From assembly GCF_009834535.1 (NCBI RefSeq), contig NC_045698.1, positions 15,688,001-15,752,000 of the forward strand: 64,000 nt of DNA. Reading direction: 5' to 3'. The notes beneath the pieces were generated by a model that was not told where the DNA came from, made no database searches, and saw nothing but the letters and a program-made list of their open reading frames with translations. Of this stretch, positions 61,747-64,000 are shown piece after piece. The number at the start of each line of letters is the position of its first letter. The stretch's first letter is position 1. A program made the position numbers and the translations under genes. Origin of the DNA: Camelus ferus. Taxonomy: Eukaryota.

Positions 61747-64000
61747 ATCACATTTTCTAAGTGTGCTAATGTGTTAGTAATAATACAAAAGAAATACACA
61801 TCATGTTGATCAAAAGATGTAACTCTAGATGGAATTTTAAAAAAAACATGAGAACATGCTACATCTTGCTTTGCATATTATGTTACAAAAGTCCTGTGGA
61901 AATAGTGTGTGTGCGTGTGTGTGTGTGTATGGAAAGAGAGAATATATGTGCATATATGTACATTTACCCCTTCTCAATCTCCCCCCAAAAAAACACTCAT
62001 AATGTTGGCTAAGTGAATAATGTTAGAACACTTTAATTCTTCTCATTGTACTTTCATTTTATATAGTCCTTAACAATGTTGAAAGTAGGCTTCAAATTCA
62101 TCTTACACACCAAGTGATCATCTTTTACGAACATGATGAAGAGATGACAGTTGTGCTATCTGACAATTGACCTAGTAGAAAAGGCTGAAAACAGGCGTTT
62201 CTGACATTCTTAAATATTTTTATTTTTATGTCAGAATCATAACTAATGCCAAAAGAGCATAATGCCTACCGAACTGTTTCTGCCATTTAAATTCTATCTA
62301 GCAACCTAAATGCTAAGCTTGTTCCATCTGTATGTGTTGCTACGCTCTTGTCAGACTGAGCTAAGTGGCTCCAGGACCTATGGAAAGCCTACTTTTTGTC
62401 ACCACTTCACTTCAACAACCTTACTTTATCTAGCAAGCAGTTTACACACAAAACTCAAGGCTGACTTTTGAAGGTGTCTTTTACTTTCAGGGGTGATGGC
62501 TCCATGTGGACAAAAATGCTTTTAACTCTAGAATTTCCTCTTGCAACGCCAAGCCTTATGAAATATTTCAATGAGTGTAACGCTAGCAGGGTCACCCTCC
62601 TTACCAACCCTGACCAGTTTTATTGTTTTTGGTAAAGCATGCATACAGGAAAATACAGTCTGACTTCCGTATTTGGTATGGATCAGAGGAAAGAGAGTGA
62701 ATGGTCTCTCAAGGACCACATGCTGCAGGGTGTCCTAAAGAGGACACTGGAGAAGTACACGAGCCTAGACAGTGGTCGTGCAGAGAGCGCTGACGCACCG
62801 AGGATGCGGGGTCTGGGTGCTGTTGATAAGCAAACGGGTTTCATGTGGAAGAGAATCTTACCTTGCTTATTGACTGGTACCCACTTTTCAGAACCAACTG
62901 AATGTAGTCTAAAATTTAATGTTTGAGTTACATAGTTCTAAGATACACATGCAGAATTTACCTATGAGTACAGAATTCTGCTTAAAATACACACACGTCT
63001 TCCCAGTTGGGCTCCTCCAAAGATGGAATGAACTACTTTGGGAAGCAAAACATTCTGCTTCTACTCAAAGCAGAATCACGAAATTTCTTGAACAGAATAT
63101 TACTACAACTGACACACAAAAGACAAGGAAGAGGCTTTAAGTCACAGGTGTGTGGCTACGTAGTCATGAGAGGTACACAACACATGAGTTTGCAAAAACT
63201 GGACTAAGAAAGACCTAGAAAGGAGTGGGTATGTGAAAGGGCTGGCAGCTTCATAAACTGATATATTTGGTCAAGAACAAGAGTAACGTGGCCATCATGT
63301 CACAACAAGCTTTACTTCTTTAAAGGAGTCATTGTGACACTTTGATGACTTGGTCTAGTTTTTTGTGTTAACTGTGTTCACTCACTGCTGCCTAACTCTG
63401 TGTTGGAGCCCCCTTCCCATGCCTGCAGACCAGAGCATAATTGTTCTTTTTTCTTAAAAACTCAGAAAAACAAAATGGCATAACATTCAGCAGAGGAAAA
63501 AAAAAACATACTGGTGTCTAATTATGCTTCTGAGTAGAGTGTGGGATATTATACCTGTTTACTTCTTTTTTTTTGTTTTCTGACAAGAAATATTTCTCTA
63601 TTATCATAATATTATGTTCCTCCTTAGACTCTAGTCACAACATTCATCTTGGTGTTATGTTTCCCTCTGCCTTTCTGATGTTTGCCTTCGGGCCCACTGA
63701 TAACATTATATTTGGTGGATCTGCATTAAAAATCACTTCGTTCCCTGACAAGATATTTAAAATGTCATTTGTGCCTCGTGAAGGCTTTTAGAAAAATCCA
63801 GAGACCTGGACCCACATGGCCCAAATGGTGTTTCTGTGAGGACTGCAATTTCCTTTTGAGGATTAAGGTTCCAGGGAAGATTGCTTCTAAATATCTGTGA
63901 GAGAAATACTTTCCTGAATTAATGCCGTTGCTTACTCTGTATCGATTTTTAGAGCATTTCGCCTCACCCCATATAAAGGATAAGCAATAAAGTACAGTTT

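Noticed and set aside
61843..61872. p53-like site (AAACATGAGAACATGCTACATCTTGCTT)
   Set aside because: Only one half-site approaches RRRCWWGYYY; the neighbours have multiple mismatches.
1..64000. Protein-coding genes among the six-frame ORFs
   Set aside because: All are 130 aa or less, many start at non-ATG codons, and none resembles a protein family I recognise apart from the L1 ORF2 relic. Many overlap L1, L2, MLT1 or microsatellites. A small spliced exon cannot be excluded by eye.
1..64000. tRNA, rRNA, snRNA, camelid tRNA-derived SINE, NUMT or microbial insert
   Set aside because: I saw no A-box/B-box pair with cloverleaf, no rRNA/snRNA/mitochondrial signature, and no gene-dense segment.

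Overview
AT-rich, CpG-poor mammalian non-coding DNA (gene desert or a very long intron). I find no credible protein-coding exon, RNA gene or CRISPR array; the supplied ORFs are chance frames or translations of repeats. The exception is 31194-31454, a decayed LINE-1 ORF2 C-terminus. The repeats are those of a placental mammal: many ancient L2 and MIR copies, four MaLR (MLT1-type) solo LTRs (three with visible 5-bp target-site duplications), hAT MITE relics, a Tigger1 deletion derivative, and several L1 fragments. The younger L1 3' ends look artiodactyl, probably camelid. This is inferred from recalled 3'UTR signatures and from seeing no Alu, B1/B2, Bov-A/BovB, PRE-1 or Can-SINE. Between the repeats lie several blocks with no repeat I recognise that retain CpGs and are dense in motifs, resembling developmental or neuronal enhancers. 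The strongest single signals are: a 19/21 match to the REST/NRSF RE1 consensus inside an L2-like tail (41799-41819); a MEIS/HOX/K50-homeodomain motif cluster (about 10590-10990); two recursive-splice-site-like junctions (9804/9805 and 14561/14562); an unexplained ~575-bp insert splitting an L2, with weak RNase H-like motifs; and a 36-bp unique sequence duplicated 1660 bp away. I cannot identify the locus, and nothing here demonstrates a new biological system. Subfamily names come from memory of consensus sequences, and boundaries of old repeats are approximate.
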